Positions 9,891 to 18,752 of a stretch of DNA of 64,000 bases are shown here, in pieces. The first letter of the stretch is position 1. Every line of letters starts with the position of its first letter. The notes under the pieces are model-generated. The model worked only from the letters and a program-made list of their open reading frames with translations. It had not been told where the DNA came from and searched no databases. This stretch comes from an uncultured Clostridia bacterium (lineage in GTDB: Bacteria > Bacillota > Clostridia > Christensenellales > UBA1242), in contig CALBOE010000009.1 in the NCBI GenBank assembly GCA_937896905.1, forward strand, positions 43,122-107,121, given 5' to 3'. The translations under genes and the position numbers were made by a program.

Positions 9891-9999
9891 TTTATAAGTT
9901 TTCTGTCAAGATTTGTGTCGAAAAATGAACGGTAATATTGCAAATTATGTTTTAACCGTATAAAAACACGCGCAATTTTAACACCTTTTTGTTTATTTG

Positions 10000-10008
10000 C
10001 ATACTATA
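10000..10008 (+). promoter_or_regulatory. candidate mother-cell sigma (SigE/SigK-type) -10 element
   Basis: CATACTATA fits the CATAnnnTA (SigK) and CATACAnT (SigE) -10 patterns. An AC-containing segment (AACACC) lies about 15-19 nt upstream. Sits about 22 nt before the RBS of the 10031 gene. Confidence 0.3.
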
Positions 10009-10030
10009 TTTCATAATTAGGAGGTTTTAA

Positions 10031-10696
10031 ATGTCTTTTTACACGGAGGCAAGGCCTGGCATTTTCCCTGGCCAAACAAACAATGTTACAAACGGACTTT
10101 GCGAAAGAATTTGTATTCAAGCAACAAAAGTGTTCGACGCCTGCATGAACCAATCTCAACTGGAAGATTATTCTTTAACATTAACCGGTTTCAATCCTGC
10201 CGGCCCAACTGCACCACTAACATTAGCTAGCGGAAGTTCGCTTGGAGGAACTGCAACCATAAGCGGGCTAACTATAACCAGGTTTGAAGATAGACCCAAT
10301 TTTGCACGAGTTCAAGCAAATATTAACATTCCTGTTACAGTTACATACACCGACGCAAACAACATTCCAGGAACTGCCACAGGCACAATAACTTTACCGC
10401 AAGACGTTATCCTATACGTTCCACAACCATCGTTAACTCCAATAGACGTTGTGGCGTTTGGCAGTGCGGTTATTGCCAGCGGAACATACAACCCAACCAC
10501 AGGAGGATTTAATGTTAGCGTTTGTGTAACAACAATTCTAAAGGTGGTTGCCGTGGTAGACGTTCTAGTGCCAAGTTACGGATATTGCCCAATTCCACCT
10601 TGCACGCCATACACCAGCGACGAAGTTTGCCCAGGAGTGTTCGATTTGCCACTTTATCCAACTGCTGTGAGCCCACAATCGACTAACTCTAGGTAG
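10031..10696 (+). CDS. hypothetical Thr/Pro/Gly/Val-rich protein with N- and C-terminal Cys clusters (candidate spore-surface/structural protein)
   Basis: Strong RBS (AGGAGG, 7 nt, ATG). 221 aa, no signal peptide or TM helix. Seven Cys: three in LCERICIQATKVFDAC, one in VSVCV, three in YCPIPPCTPYTSDEVCP. Confidence 0.6.
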   Translation: MSFYTEARPGIFPGQTNNVTNGLCERICIQATKVFDACMNQSQLEDYSLTLTGFNPAGPTAPLTLASGSSLGGTATISGLTITRFEDRPNFARVQANINIPVTVTYTDANNIPGTATGTITLPQDVILYVPQPSLTPIDVVAFGSAVIASGTYNPTTGGFNVSVCVTTILKVVAVVDVLVPSYGYCPIPPCTPYTSDEVCPGVFDLPLYPTAVSPQSTNSR

Positions 10697-10880
10697 AAGA
10701 TTGTGAGTGAATAGCGGTGATAAAGTTAGCAAATATGTTGAGTTTACGAAACATATTTGTTGTACCCTACGGCGGTAAGTTCGCAAAGCACTAACGCTAG
10801 ATAGTGGTTTGAGGAATTATGTCGTTGGTTCAACGGTCTAATATGTTGAAAGTAATGTATGCAAACAACAAAGAAGCAGC

Positions 10881-10906
10881 AAAAAAGAGCATCCTTGCTC
10901 TTTTTT
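10881..10906. terminator. bidirectional rho-independent terminator
   Basis: AAAAAAGAGCA-TCCT-TGCTCTTTTTT hairpin flanked by A- and T-runs, between the convergent 10031 gene and engB. Confidence 0.7.
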
Positions 10907-10907
10907 C

Positions 10908-11489
10908 TTACAACAAATAATTGTCTAACATTGTTGCAATACGGTCCGCACCCTGCTTTTTGCTCGCACTGGTTGCAAACACCAGGTTCTTATTAAAACG
11001 AACATCTTTCGCAATTTTGTTTATATTATTGTTTAGTTCGCTTTTGGAAAGTTTATCTGCTTTGGTTATAACAATAACTGCTGGAATTTCGTTTTCTGCA
11101 AGATAGTTTAACATTTGCTTATCTAGTTCGGTTGGCATCATTCGGCTATCTAACAACACCAAAACAAGCTTTAATTGCGGATTATCGATAAAATAATCAT
11201 TCATAACGCTATCCCACGCACTTGTCATGTTTTTGCTAGCTTTTGCATAACCATACCCTGGCAAATCCACCAAATAAAACTCATTATTAATGTTGAAATA
11301 ATTAACCAGTCTAGTTCTTCCGGGCGTGCTGCTTGTTTTTGCCATTTTGCTGTTATTTGTTAACATATTTATTAAACTGCTTTTACCTACGTTGCTTCGT
11401 CCAACTATTGCAACTTGTGGAAGATTATCTTCAATAAATTCCGCCCTTTTGCTGGCGCTTTTAATAAATTTTGCGTTAATAAATCTCAT
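10908..11489 (-). CDS. engB: ribosome biogenesis GTP-binding protein YsxC/EngB
   Basis: GRSNVGKSSLIN (G1), DLPGYGY (G3) and TKADK (G4). Confidence 0.9.
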   Translation of the reverse strand: MRFINAKFIKSASKRAEFIEDNLPQVAIVGRSNVGKSSLINMLTNNSKMAKTSSTPGRTRLVNYFNINNEFYLVDLPGYGYAKASKNMTSAWDSVMNDYFIDNPQLKLVLVLLDSRMMPTELDKQMLNYLAENEIPAVIVITKADKLSKSELNNNINKIAKDVRFNKNLVFATSASKKQGADRIATMLDNYLL

Positions 11490-11548
11490 AATTTTTCCCT
11501 ACTAAAATTAGTTTAACACAAATTTATGGAATTGTCAAATCATTTCAC

Positions 11549-11577
11549 TTGACATCATCGAACAAATGTTCTATACT
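11549..11577 (+). promoter_or_regulatory. sigma-A promoter of dinB
   Basis: TTGACA (11549-11554), 17 nt, TATACT (11572-11577). Confidence 0.6.
11559..11572 (+). promoter_or_regulatory. LexA (Cheo/SOS) box
   Basis: CGAACAAATGTTCT matches the Gram-positive CGAAC-N4-GTTC(G) consensus. It lies inside the promoter spacer of a Y-family polymerase gene. Confidence 0.7.
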
Positions 11578-11595
11578 CTATTTTGAAATGTGTAA

Positions 11596-11606
11596 GGGGG
11601 GGGGGG
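11596..11606 (+). repeat. G11 homopolymer at the Shine-Dalgarno position of dinB
   Basis: Eleven consecutive G, then TT, then ATG (11609). No other SD is present. Confidence 0.9.
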
Positions 11607-11608
11607 TT

Positions 11609-12790
11609 ATGAACAACAAGCGAGTTATATTGCATATAGATATGAACAATTTTTACGCGTCAGTTGAATGTTTGCTAAACCCCGACCTTAAAAATTACGC
11701 CGTTGCGGTTGCTGGCAACCCAGAAAAACGAACAGGAATAATCCTTGCAAAAAATTATCTTGCCAAGGTATATGGCATTAAAACTGGTGAAGTTATTTGG
11801 GAGGCAAAACAAAAATGCCCAACCCTTATTTGTGTTGCCCCGCATTTCGATAAATATGAAGAATATAGTAAACGTGCACACCAAATTTACGAGCAATATA
11901 CCGACCTTATTGAACCCTTTGGCATTGATGAGTGTTGGCTAGACATTACATCAAGCTTAAAAATGTTTAACTGTTCCGCAGTGGAACTTGCAAAAAAAAT
12001 TCAAGCTCAAATTAAAACAGAATTGGGGCTTTCTGTTTCGGTGGGCATATCTTGGGGGAAAACTCTTGCAAAACTTGCAAGCGACATGAAAAAGCCAATG
12101 GGGTTAACTGTTATTAACGAAACAAACCACCTTGAAATTTTAAAACAAACAAAAATTGACGACATGATTATGATAGGCAAACAGACAGCAAAAAAACTGC
12201 GAACAATGAATGTTAACACTCTTTACGACTTGCACTCGCTAAGCCCAAAACTATTAGAACAGCATTTTGGAATTATTGGGCAGAGTTTACTTAACGCCGT
12301 TAATGGAATTGACGACGATAAACTTATATCACCCAAGGACGAGGACACAAAAAGCGTGGGCAATGGTTCAACCGCAGTTAGAGATATGACCACCCACGAA
12401 GAAATTAAAAATTTTCTGCACGATCTTTCCGCAAAAGTTTCTGCTAGGCTTCGCGCACATGGGTTCACGGCAAAAACAATTCACCTTTCCATTAAGTATG
12501 CAGATTTTTCATATAAATCTGCACAACACACACTGCCACAGCATTTTAGCAACGAACAAGATGTTTTTAAATATTCCTACGAAATTTTTTGTGAACTTGC
12601 AGGCACAAAGTTTGAACCAGTTAGAGCACTTAGAATTTGCACAAGCAATCTAACAACAAAAGATGAAGAAAAACAGGTTAACTTGTTTGCCAATGTTAAA
12701 AATGAGAACTTGTGTTCGGCAATAGACAGCCTGAAAGACAGGTTTGGCGAAAACATAATTTCGTTTGCTAAAGATTATAAACAATTTTAG
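11609..12790 (+). CDS. dinB: DNA polymerase IV (Y-family)
   Basis: ILHIDMNNFYASVE, SIDECWLD and SVGISWGKTLAKLASDMKKP blocks. The start is taken at MNNKRV; the TTG at 11549 in the track is the -35 box. Confidence 0.9.
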   Translation: MNNKRVILHIDMNNFYASVECLLNPDLKNYAVAVAGNPEKRTGIILAKNYLAKVYGIKTGEVIWEAKQKCPTLICVAPHFDKYEEYSKRAHQIYEQYTDLIEPFGIDECWLDITSSLKMFNCSAVELAKKIQAQIKTELGLSVSVGISWGKTLAKLASDMKKPMGLTVINETNHLEILKQTKIDDMIMIGKQTAKKLRTMNVNTLYDLHSLSPKLLEQHFGIIGQSLLNAVNGIDDDKLISPKDEDTKSVGNGSTAVRDMTTHEEIKNFLHDLSAKVSARLRAHGFTAKTIHLSIKYADFSYKSAQHTLPQHFSNEQDVFKYSYEIFCELAGTKFEPVRALRICTSNLTTKDEEKQVNLFANVKNENLCSAIDSLKDRFGENIISFAKDYKQF

Positions 12791-12805
12791 TGCGTATAAT
12801 AAAGT

Positions 12806-13351
12806 ATGAAAAACTTTGCTTTTGCCATACTGGTGTTGTACGCTTTTTTGCTTTGCCTTGCTGGTTACAAACTTTTTCTTGTTGCAACGCACCCCATTAA
12901 ATATCAAGCAGAAATTATTGAGGTTGCAACTGAAAATAACATAAGCCCGAGTTTGGTGGCAAGCGTTGTCAACACAGAAAGTTCGTTTCGTGCTAATGCT
13001 AGATCTACCAAAAACGCGTTGGGATTAATGCAAATTAAACTTTCAACTGCAGAATATTTGTGCGAACTTTACGGGCTTGAAAAAGTTAATGAAAGCAAAT
13101 TATTAAACCCATCAACCAATCTTCAATTTGGCTGTTTGTATCTAAAGTATTTAAATGAAAAATTTAATAACATATGGACAAGTTTAGCTGCCTACAACGC
13201 CGGCGAAACCCGCGTTAGAGTTTGGCTTAATAATTCACAATTTTCTAATGACAGAAAAACGTTAACAAAAATTCCATACAAAGAAACCGAACAATATATT
13301 AAAAAAATTAAGTTAAATTTAAAGTTTTACAAAAAAGTTTTCAATAAATAA
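12806..13351 (+). CDS. lytic transglycosylase (SLT domain) with N-terminal membrane anchor
   Basis: ESSFRANARS, GLMQI and AYNAG SLT catalytic blocks. Hydrophobic N-terminus. Confidence 0.85.
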   Translation: MKNFAFAILVLYAFLLCLAGYKLFLVATHPIKYQAEIIEVATENNISPSLVASVVNTESSFRANARSTKNALGLMQIKLSTAEYLCELYGLEKVNESKLLNPSTNLQFGCLYLKYLNEKFNNIWTSLAAYNAGETRVRVWLNNSQFSNDRKTLTKIPYKETEQYIKKIKLNLKFYKKVFNK

Positions 13352-13465
13352 AAATTAAATAAATCTATTACAAATATACATTTTTGCGCTTTTTTATTAA
13401 AAAATGATGTTTTTACTCATTTTTTTTAATTATTTTTTATATTTTTAAAAATTTTAATTGATTTT

Positions 13466-14512
13466 TTAATTTTTTATATGTTGGTTTTTATTATTTTTAG
13501 AATTTTTTCTTAATTTAATAATTATCATTAATAATAAAAATAAAATATACACTCCACTAATCATTCCGGAAAATATATATAAATTTTTAACAATAAAATT
13601 GTAACCAAAATTTGAAATTATTAAGTTTGTTAAAACAATAATCAACGAAATAAACCAACTTTTTTTGTTTTTATTTAAAATTGTTTGCGTGTTAAAACTG
13701 CAAATTATTAGCGTTGAAAACAAACCAAAAATTAAAGCAACAAAATATAGAATGTAGAACGAATTGCCCAAATTTTGGCTCAGCTCAAACATGGGCATAT
13801 CTGTTGCCGTTGCATTACTTGCAAGCACAAGAATGTTCAGTAGTATTATTAACGCAACGCTAAAAACAACAGCCAATCTACCTTTAACTTTTAACGACGT
13901 TTGAAACAAAACAGGAAACGCCGCCACAAAATTAGTTACTCCAAATAATAGCGCATAATAAACTGCAACTCCAATGTTTGCATCTATAATTTTCAAATTA
14001 ACATTTGCGGGAGTTACATTTGCAATAGAGTTAACAACAATAACCGTTATCATAATTGGAATAATGAAGTTAGCCACCGCTTTAATTTTTTTAATACCTC
14101 CCAACAGAACAACAAAAGTTATAATGCTTAATATGGTGGATGGAATTTTAAAGCCAACATTAAAAAAAGTTTTAAATAAGTAATCAGCCCCGGCGAGCAT
14201 TCCCGCACTTGCAATAACAAAATTAACAACTAAAACTACGTTAGAAAACTTACTTAGCCCACCAAATATTACTCTATTAAACTGATTATAACTGTTTAAT
14301 TGTAACTTGCGTTTAACATGTTCAACAATAAAAAACAAGTAAATATACAATAACACAAACGCAATAAGTCCCAAAACAGATGCCCCGCCAAAACTAAAAA
14401 AGAAAACATAAACTTCCTTCCCCGACGCAAATCCAACGCCAATTATTGCACTTAAAATTAAAAAATAGTCCACAAGCGTGGACCATATTTTATTTCCACC
14501 TTTCATAATCAA
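13466..14512 (-). CDS. YkvI-family polytopic membrane protein
   Basis: About 10 TM helices. N-terminal GVGFASGKE motif typical of YkvI-like proteins. Confidence 0.55.
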   Translation of the reverse strand: MIMKGGNKIWSTLVDYFLILSAIIGVGFASGKEVYVFFFSFGGASVLGLIAFVLLYIYLFFIVEHVKRKLQLNSYNQFNRVIFGGLSKFSNVVLVVNFVIASAGMLAGADYLFKTFFNVGFKIPSTILSIITFVVLLGGIKKIKAVANFIIPIMITVIVVNSIANVTPANVNLKIIDANIGVAVYYALLFGVTNFVAAFPVLFQTSLKVKGRLAVVFSVALIILLNILVLASNATATDMPMFELSQNLGNSFYILYFVALIFGLFSTLIICSFNTQTILNKNKKSWFISLIIVLTNLIISNFGYNFIVKNLYIFSGMISGVYILFLLLMIIIKLRKNSKNNKNQHIKN

Positions 14513-14555
14513 TTATATGAAAGGTTGTACCATTAATTGATAACTTTTTTAAATT

Positions 14556-15248
14556 TTATAGCATAATTATTCTGCCACAATGCTCACAAACCAGCATTTT
14601 GTTTGTTTTTAGTTTTTCAACAAAATTAAGCGATAATTCAACTTTGCAACCACCGCAAAAATGATCTTCTAAACCAACGTAAACCGGAAAAATTCCATTT
14701 GCTTTAAGTTCTTTATATTTTGCCAATTTATCCAAATCTTTTACCTTTGGTTCTAATTCGTCAATTTTCTTTTGAACCGCTGCAATTTTTGGTGCAACTT
14801 CTTTCTTTTTAGCTTCTATTCTTGCCTTGATTGTGCCAGCACGAAGTTTAATTTCAGTTAGTTTGTTGCTTAATTCGGCACTTCTTCTAACCACATCTTC
14901 TGCTGTTCTAACAAGTTCTTCCATTTGGCGATTGTCTTCACTAAGTTCGCCAACAAGACTGTTCGAATCGGATATTAATGCCGAAACATTTTCTAAACTA
15001 ATATTATCCGCATTGCGCTTTTTTAGAATTTCGCTATTGCCCTTTGCCTTGGAATATCTGCTTAACGATAAGTTATAGGCTTTAATAACTTCATTTGCCT
15101 TTTTTTCTAGTTGTTCAAATCGAGATTTTCCTTCTTGCAACACCCTTTTATAGTTTTTGAAATCTATGCTTGCCGGGCTTCTATCTACTTCTCGTTCTAA
15201 AAGTTTAATTTGCCCATCTAATTTTTGAATTTCTAAAATGGTTTTCAT
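14556..15248 (-). CDS. COG1579-type coiled-coil protein with C-terminal C4 zinc ribbon
   Basis: Long coiled coil, then CGGCKV...17 aa...CEHCGRI. TAATG overlap with the rpoD stop. Confidence 0.7.
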   Translation of the reverse strand: MKTILEIQKLDGQIKLLEREVDRSPASIDFKNYKRVLQEGKSRFEQLEKKANEVIKAYNLSLSRYSKAKGNSEILKKRNADNISLENVSALISDSNSLVGELSEDNRQMEELVRTAEDVVRRSAELSNKLTEIKLRAGTIKARIEAKKKEVAPKIAAVQKKIDELEPKVKDLDKLAKYKELKANGIFPVYVGLEDHFCGGCKVELSLNFVEKLKTNKMLVCEHCGRIIML

Positions 15249-16348
15249 TAAAATCTGCCTCCTTTTTCATCGTCATCTTCAGCAAGGTCATCTCTTAAGC
15301 GTTTTAATTTTGATGGATGACGCAATTTCCTTAATGCTTTTGCTTCAATTTGACGAATGCGCTCCCGGGTTACCGAGAATTCTCTTCCCACTTCTTCCAA
15401 AGTTCTTGGGTGAGCATCGTCTAATCCATAGCGCAAACGAATTACTTTTTGTTCTCTTGGAGTTAATGTTTCTAGAACACTCATTAATTGCTCTTTTAGC
15501 ATGTTTTGCATTGCAATATCTTGTGGAGAAAGTGCGTTTTCATCTGGAATTATGTCGCCAATTTTGCTGTCTTCTTCATGCCCCATTTTGCTTTCTAAGG
15601 AAATTGGGTCCTGCGATATTCGTTGAACTTCTATAACCTTATCAACCGTTGTTCCTAGGCGTTCTGCAATTTCTTCTGTGCTTGGGTCTCGCCCCAACTC
15701 TTGCAACAATTCTCTAACCGCTTTGTTGTGTTTTAAAATTGTTTCCACCATATGAACAGGAACACGCATTAAACGGGCTTGGTCGGAAATGGCACGAGTT
15801 ATGCTTTGCCTAATCCACCATGTTCCGTATGTTGAAAATTTATATCCTTTTGTGTAGTCGAATTTTTCAACCGCTTTCATAAGCCCCAAATTGCCTTCTT
15901 GAATAAGGTCTAAAAATGGCATATTGTGCTTATTTTGATAGCGTTTTGCAATGCTAACCACCAAACGCAAGTTAGATTCGCACAACTTATTACGTGCATA
16001 TTCGCTTTTCTCTTCTATTAAAAGTCGACTCAACTCTCTTTCTTCATCTGCCGATAGAAGTGGAATGCTTCCAATTTCTTTTAAATACATTTTAACCGGA
16101 TCGTTAACGTTAATTTGGCTTATAATATTCTCAAATTCTTTATCGTCAACAGGGATGTCGCTTATTGCGTCTGTTATGGTTATTCCATTGGCAATAAGAT
16201 GTGCTTTAACTTGTTCCACCTCTTCTGCATCAATGTCCTCGTAAGTGCGAATAAGCTTGCTGCACAAACTGTCCTCAGAAATTGACCTTTGGTGATTTGT
16301 TTTAAATTGTTGCAAAAGTTTTTGCTTAATTTCTTCTATGTTAATCAT
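15248..16348 (-). CDS. rpoD: RNA polymerase primary sigma factor (SigA/RpoD)
   Basis: Full set of regions: 1.2 ([11 protein letters not shown]), 2 ([11 protein letters not shown]...[11 protein letters not shown]...RVPVHM), 3, and 4 ([28 protein letters not shown]). Confidence 0.95.
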   Translation of the reverse strand: MINIEEIKQKLLQQFKTNHQRSISEDSLCSKLIRTYEDIDAEEVEQVKAHLIANGITITDAISDIPVDDKEFENIISQINVNDPVKMYLKEIGSIPLLSADEERELSRLLIEEKSEYARNKLCESNLRLVVSIAKRYQNKHNMPFLDLIQEGNLGLMKAVEKFDYTKGYKFSTYGTWWIRQSITRAISDQARLMRVPVHMVETILKHNKAVRELLQELGRDPSTEEIAERLGTTVDKVIEVQRISQDPISLESKMGHEEDSKIGDIIPDENALSPQDIAMQNMLKEQLMSVLETLTPREQKVIRLRYGLDDAHPRTLEEVGREFSVTRERIRQIEAKALRKLRHPSKLKRLRDDLAEDDDEKGGRF

Positions 16349-16862
16349 TCTTTTTCTCCTTGAATTCGTTTAAAACTGCCGTTCTAACCCAAAACAGCAC
16401 ATAATCCTCAAACTCTATTTTCGCATTTGGATTATATGCATTCAATGCTTGCAACAATCCTAAATTTGCAATTTGCACCAAATCTTGTAAATCAACATCA
16501 TTGTGCAAGGATTTATAGTTTAGGCACATATATAGCACATCTTTAAGTGCAAAGTTTATAATTTGTTCTTTTATTGACCTGCTTTTTGTTGCATAATATT
16601 CGGCAAGTTTTGGCTTTAATTCTGCCTTTTTTATTGTTTTGGTTGATTTTATATCAATAAAATAATCTAACACCTGCATTAACTGTTCTTCTTTAATTTC
16701 AGTTGTTAAACTTGGCTGGAACTCTGCCCTAAAATAATTTTTAACATCTTGACGTTTATATCTTCCATTTTGCGCTAGTTCTGTGTAAAGTTCGTCCACA
16801 TTCTCTGCACCTAAATTAGTTAGATATTTATACAAAACGTCTGTTTTATCTATCTGTATCAC
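16341..16862 (-). CDS. sigma-70 region-2-like protein lacking regions 2.4, 3 and 4
   Basis: GTG at 16862 is preceded by AAAGGAGAGAAA and overlaps the dnaG stop (GTGA). Its TAA overlaps the rpoD ATG (ATGATTAA). The C-terminal [43 protein letters not shown] aligns by eye with rpo[44 protein letters not shown]. Confidence 0.55.
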   Translation of the reverse strand: MIQIDKTDVLYKYLTNLGAENVDELYTELAQNGRYKRQDVKNYFRAEFQPSLTTEIKEEQLMQVLDYFIDIKSTKTIKKAELKPKLAEYYATKSRSIKEQIINFALKDVLYMCLNYKSLHNDVDLQDLVQIANLGLLQALNAYNPNAKIEFEDYVLFWVRTAVLNEFKEKKND

Positions 16863-18628
16863 TTTCTCTCCTTTATTCTTGCCGAAATTTCTTGTAATTT
16901 CACAAGGCACTCGTATCTTTCTGCATCTGTTGTGCAGTTTAACATTCTTTCTTTCAATTGCTTTTGTTGTTCTTCCAATTCAAAGCGTTGAACACGAGAA
17001 ATTGTGTCTTTTAACACCGCATTAAACACGTCATCGCTTGGAAAAACATAGTTAATAACTCTATCTATAAGCGAATAGTTTGTAATGGTGAAATTATCAA
17101 ATAATGCGGATACCGTGTAATCTTTATTTGCTGAAATTTTATCTTTTAAATAGTTGTAAAGGTCTGTTAATTCATCTTCTGCATTGAAAAGACAAGAAAT
17201 ATCTTCAATATTTTTAATTTTTTTATAAAGAATTGATGCAAGCAAGAAAATTTTGCTTTTTAAAATGTCATTTTCAACAATGTTAACTGGCATTTCTTCA
17301 CTTTTAACATGTGCAATAGTTGGAACCACATTCAAACTTTTTCTTAGCGCATCTATTGGCACTTTAACTATTTTTTGAACAACCGCCAAATAAATTTCTT
17401 GTTCGGCCGGTGTTGAAAATTTAGATATGTATTTTAAACTTTCATTAATGTATTTTGTTCTTTCCGCATTAGATGTTAGGTCGTATTTTTTTGCACTGTC
17501 ATTTAGAATAAAGTCAACACAATCTATGGCTTTTGTTAATATATTCAAAAATTCTTCTTTGCCGTATTGCTTTATGAACTCATCTGGGTCTTTTGCACCA
17601 ACTAAGCGAACAACCTTAACATTTAAGCCCTCTGCTTTTAATGTGTCTATTGCTTTGTAGGTGGCCATTGCCCCCGCACTATCTCCATCTAAACACAAAA
17701 TAACATTTTCTACAAGCTGTTTAATTCTGCGCGCGTGTTGGCTTGTTAATGCCGTTCCCATACAACCAATTGTGTTTGTTATTCCCGCTTGATGGCAAGC
17801 AATAACATCTATATGCCCCTCTACAACCACAATGGTGTCTAACATTTTGTTTTCTTTTTTTATATCTCTAACAAAATTATACGCAAATAGCGTTTCGCTT
17901 TTGTTAAAAACTATAGTTTGAGATGTGTTTTTGTATTTGGCGTGATCTGGACTTTGTTCAACACTCCTGCCAGAATATGCAACAACATCTCCAAGCCCAT
18001 TAAAAATTGGAAACATTAAGCGCTTGCCATAAAAGTCGTATAAATTTCCTGTGTCACCTTTTCCAACAACCCCTGCCAAAAGCATTTCATACTCGCTAAA
18101 GCCCAACGTTTCAAGGTGAGCAGGCAATGAATCGTAGTTTAAAGATGCCCCAATTTGGAATTTTTCAATCATTTCTGGCGACATTCCACGTGTTTTTAAA
18201 TACTTGGCTTGAGGAGAATTTGGATTGTTAATTAGGTTGTTATGATAAAACTCGGTGGTGGCTTTTAACACCTGATAAACCCTATCTCGTTCGCGTTTTC
18301 TTTTGCGCATTTCTTCATTGTCCGTATCGGTTGGAAGTTCTAACCCCACATTTTTTGCAAGCATTTCAACCGCCGTTAAAAAATCTACGTTTTCTGTTTT
18401 CATAACGAGTGAAATTACGTTGCCACTTTCTCCACAACCAAAACATTTATAGAATTGAGCATCTTGTTTAATGGAAAAAGATGGCGTTTTCTCGCTGTGG
18501 AATGGGCAACACGCCCAAAAATTGCCTCCACGACGATTAAGCGTCATATATCTGCTTGCCACGTCAACAATATCGTTCTTAGATTTTAAAAGGTCTAGAA
18601 ATTCTGCCGACAATCCACCTTTTGTCAT
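16859..18628 (-). CDS. dnaG: DNA primase DnaG
   Basis: Zn-finger CPFHSEKTPSFSI...FYKCFGCGESGN and TOPRIM blocks (VVEGHIDV, LCLDGDSAG). Confidence 0.93.
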   Translation of the reverse strand: MTKGGLSAEFLDLLKSKNDIVDVASRYMTLNRRGGNFWACCPFHSEKTPSFSIKQDAQFYKCFGCGESGNVISLVMKTENVDFLTAVEMLAKNVGLELPTDTDNEEMRKRKRERDRVYQVLKATTEFYHNNLINNPNSPQAKYLKTRGMSPEMIEKFQIGASLNYDSLPAHLETLGFSEYEMLLAGVVGKGDTGNLYDFYGKRLMFPIFNGLGDVVAYSGRSVEQSPDHAKYKNTSQTIVFNKSETLFAYNFVRDIKKENKMLDTIVVVEGHIDVIACHQAGITNTIGCMGTALTSQHARRIKQLVENVILCLDGDSAGAMATYKAIDTLKAEGLNVKVVRLVGAKDPDEFIKQYGKEEFLNILTKAIDCVDFILNDSAKKYDLTSNAERTKYINESLKYISKFSTPAEQEIYLAVVQKIVKVPIDALRKSLNVVPTIAHVKSEEMPVNIVENDILKSKIFLLASILYKKIKNIEDISCLFNAEDELTDLYNYLKDKISANKDYTVSALFDNFTITNYSLIDRVINYVFPSDDVFNAVLKDTISRVQRFELEEQQKQLKERMLNCTTDAERYECLVKLQEISARIKERK

Positions 18629-18752
18629 TCGTCAAACTCCAATTAATGTATAATACAACAAAAAAGTGGCATTTCCTAAAAATTATTATAAAACTTTTAC
18701 GAAATACCCCTCTCTTCATATCTAAATACAACTTAAATGCGAAAACTCCTAA

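Noticed and set aside
11549-11608. TTG-initiated N-terminal extension of dinB (MTSSNKCSILYFEMCKGGGV...) given in the ORF track.
   Set aside because: The TTG is the first base of the -35 hexamer TTGACA, and the extension contains the LexA box and the -10. Y-family polymerases begin at the ILHIDMNNFYASVE block, which fits ATG 11609.
13352-13520. Very AT-rich stretch that could hide a repeat array or CRISPR-like structure (likewise 45742-45938).
   Set aside because: No recurring unit of 20-40 nt with regular spacing is visible, only simple A/T runs. The first stretch partly encodes the Lys/Asn-rich C-terminus of the YkvI-like protein.
16863-16910. ATG start at 16910 for the sigma-like ORF, overlapping dnaG by 52 nt.
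   Set aside because: An in-frame GTG at 16862 has a strong AAAGGAGAGAAA RBS and a GTGA overlap with the dnaG stop. That makes the long overlap unnecessary.
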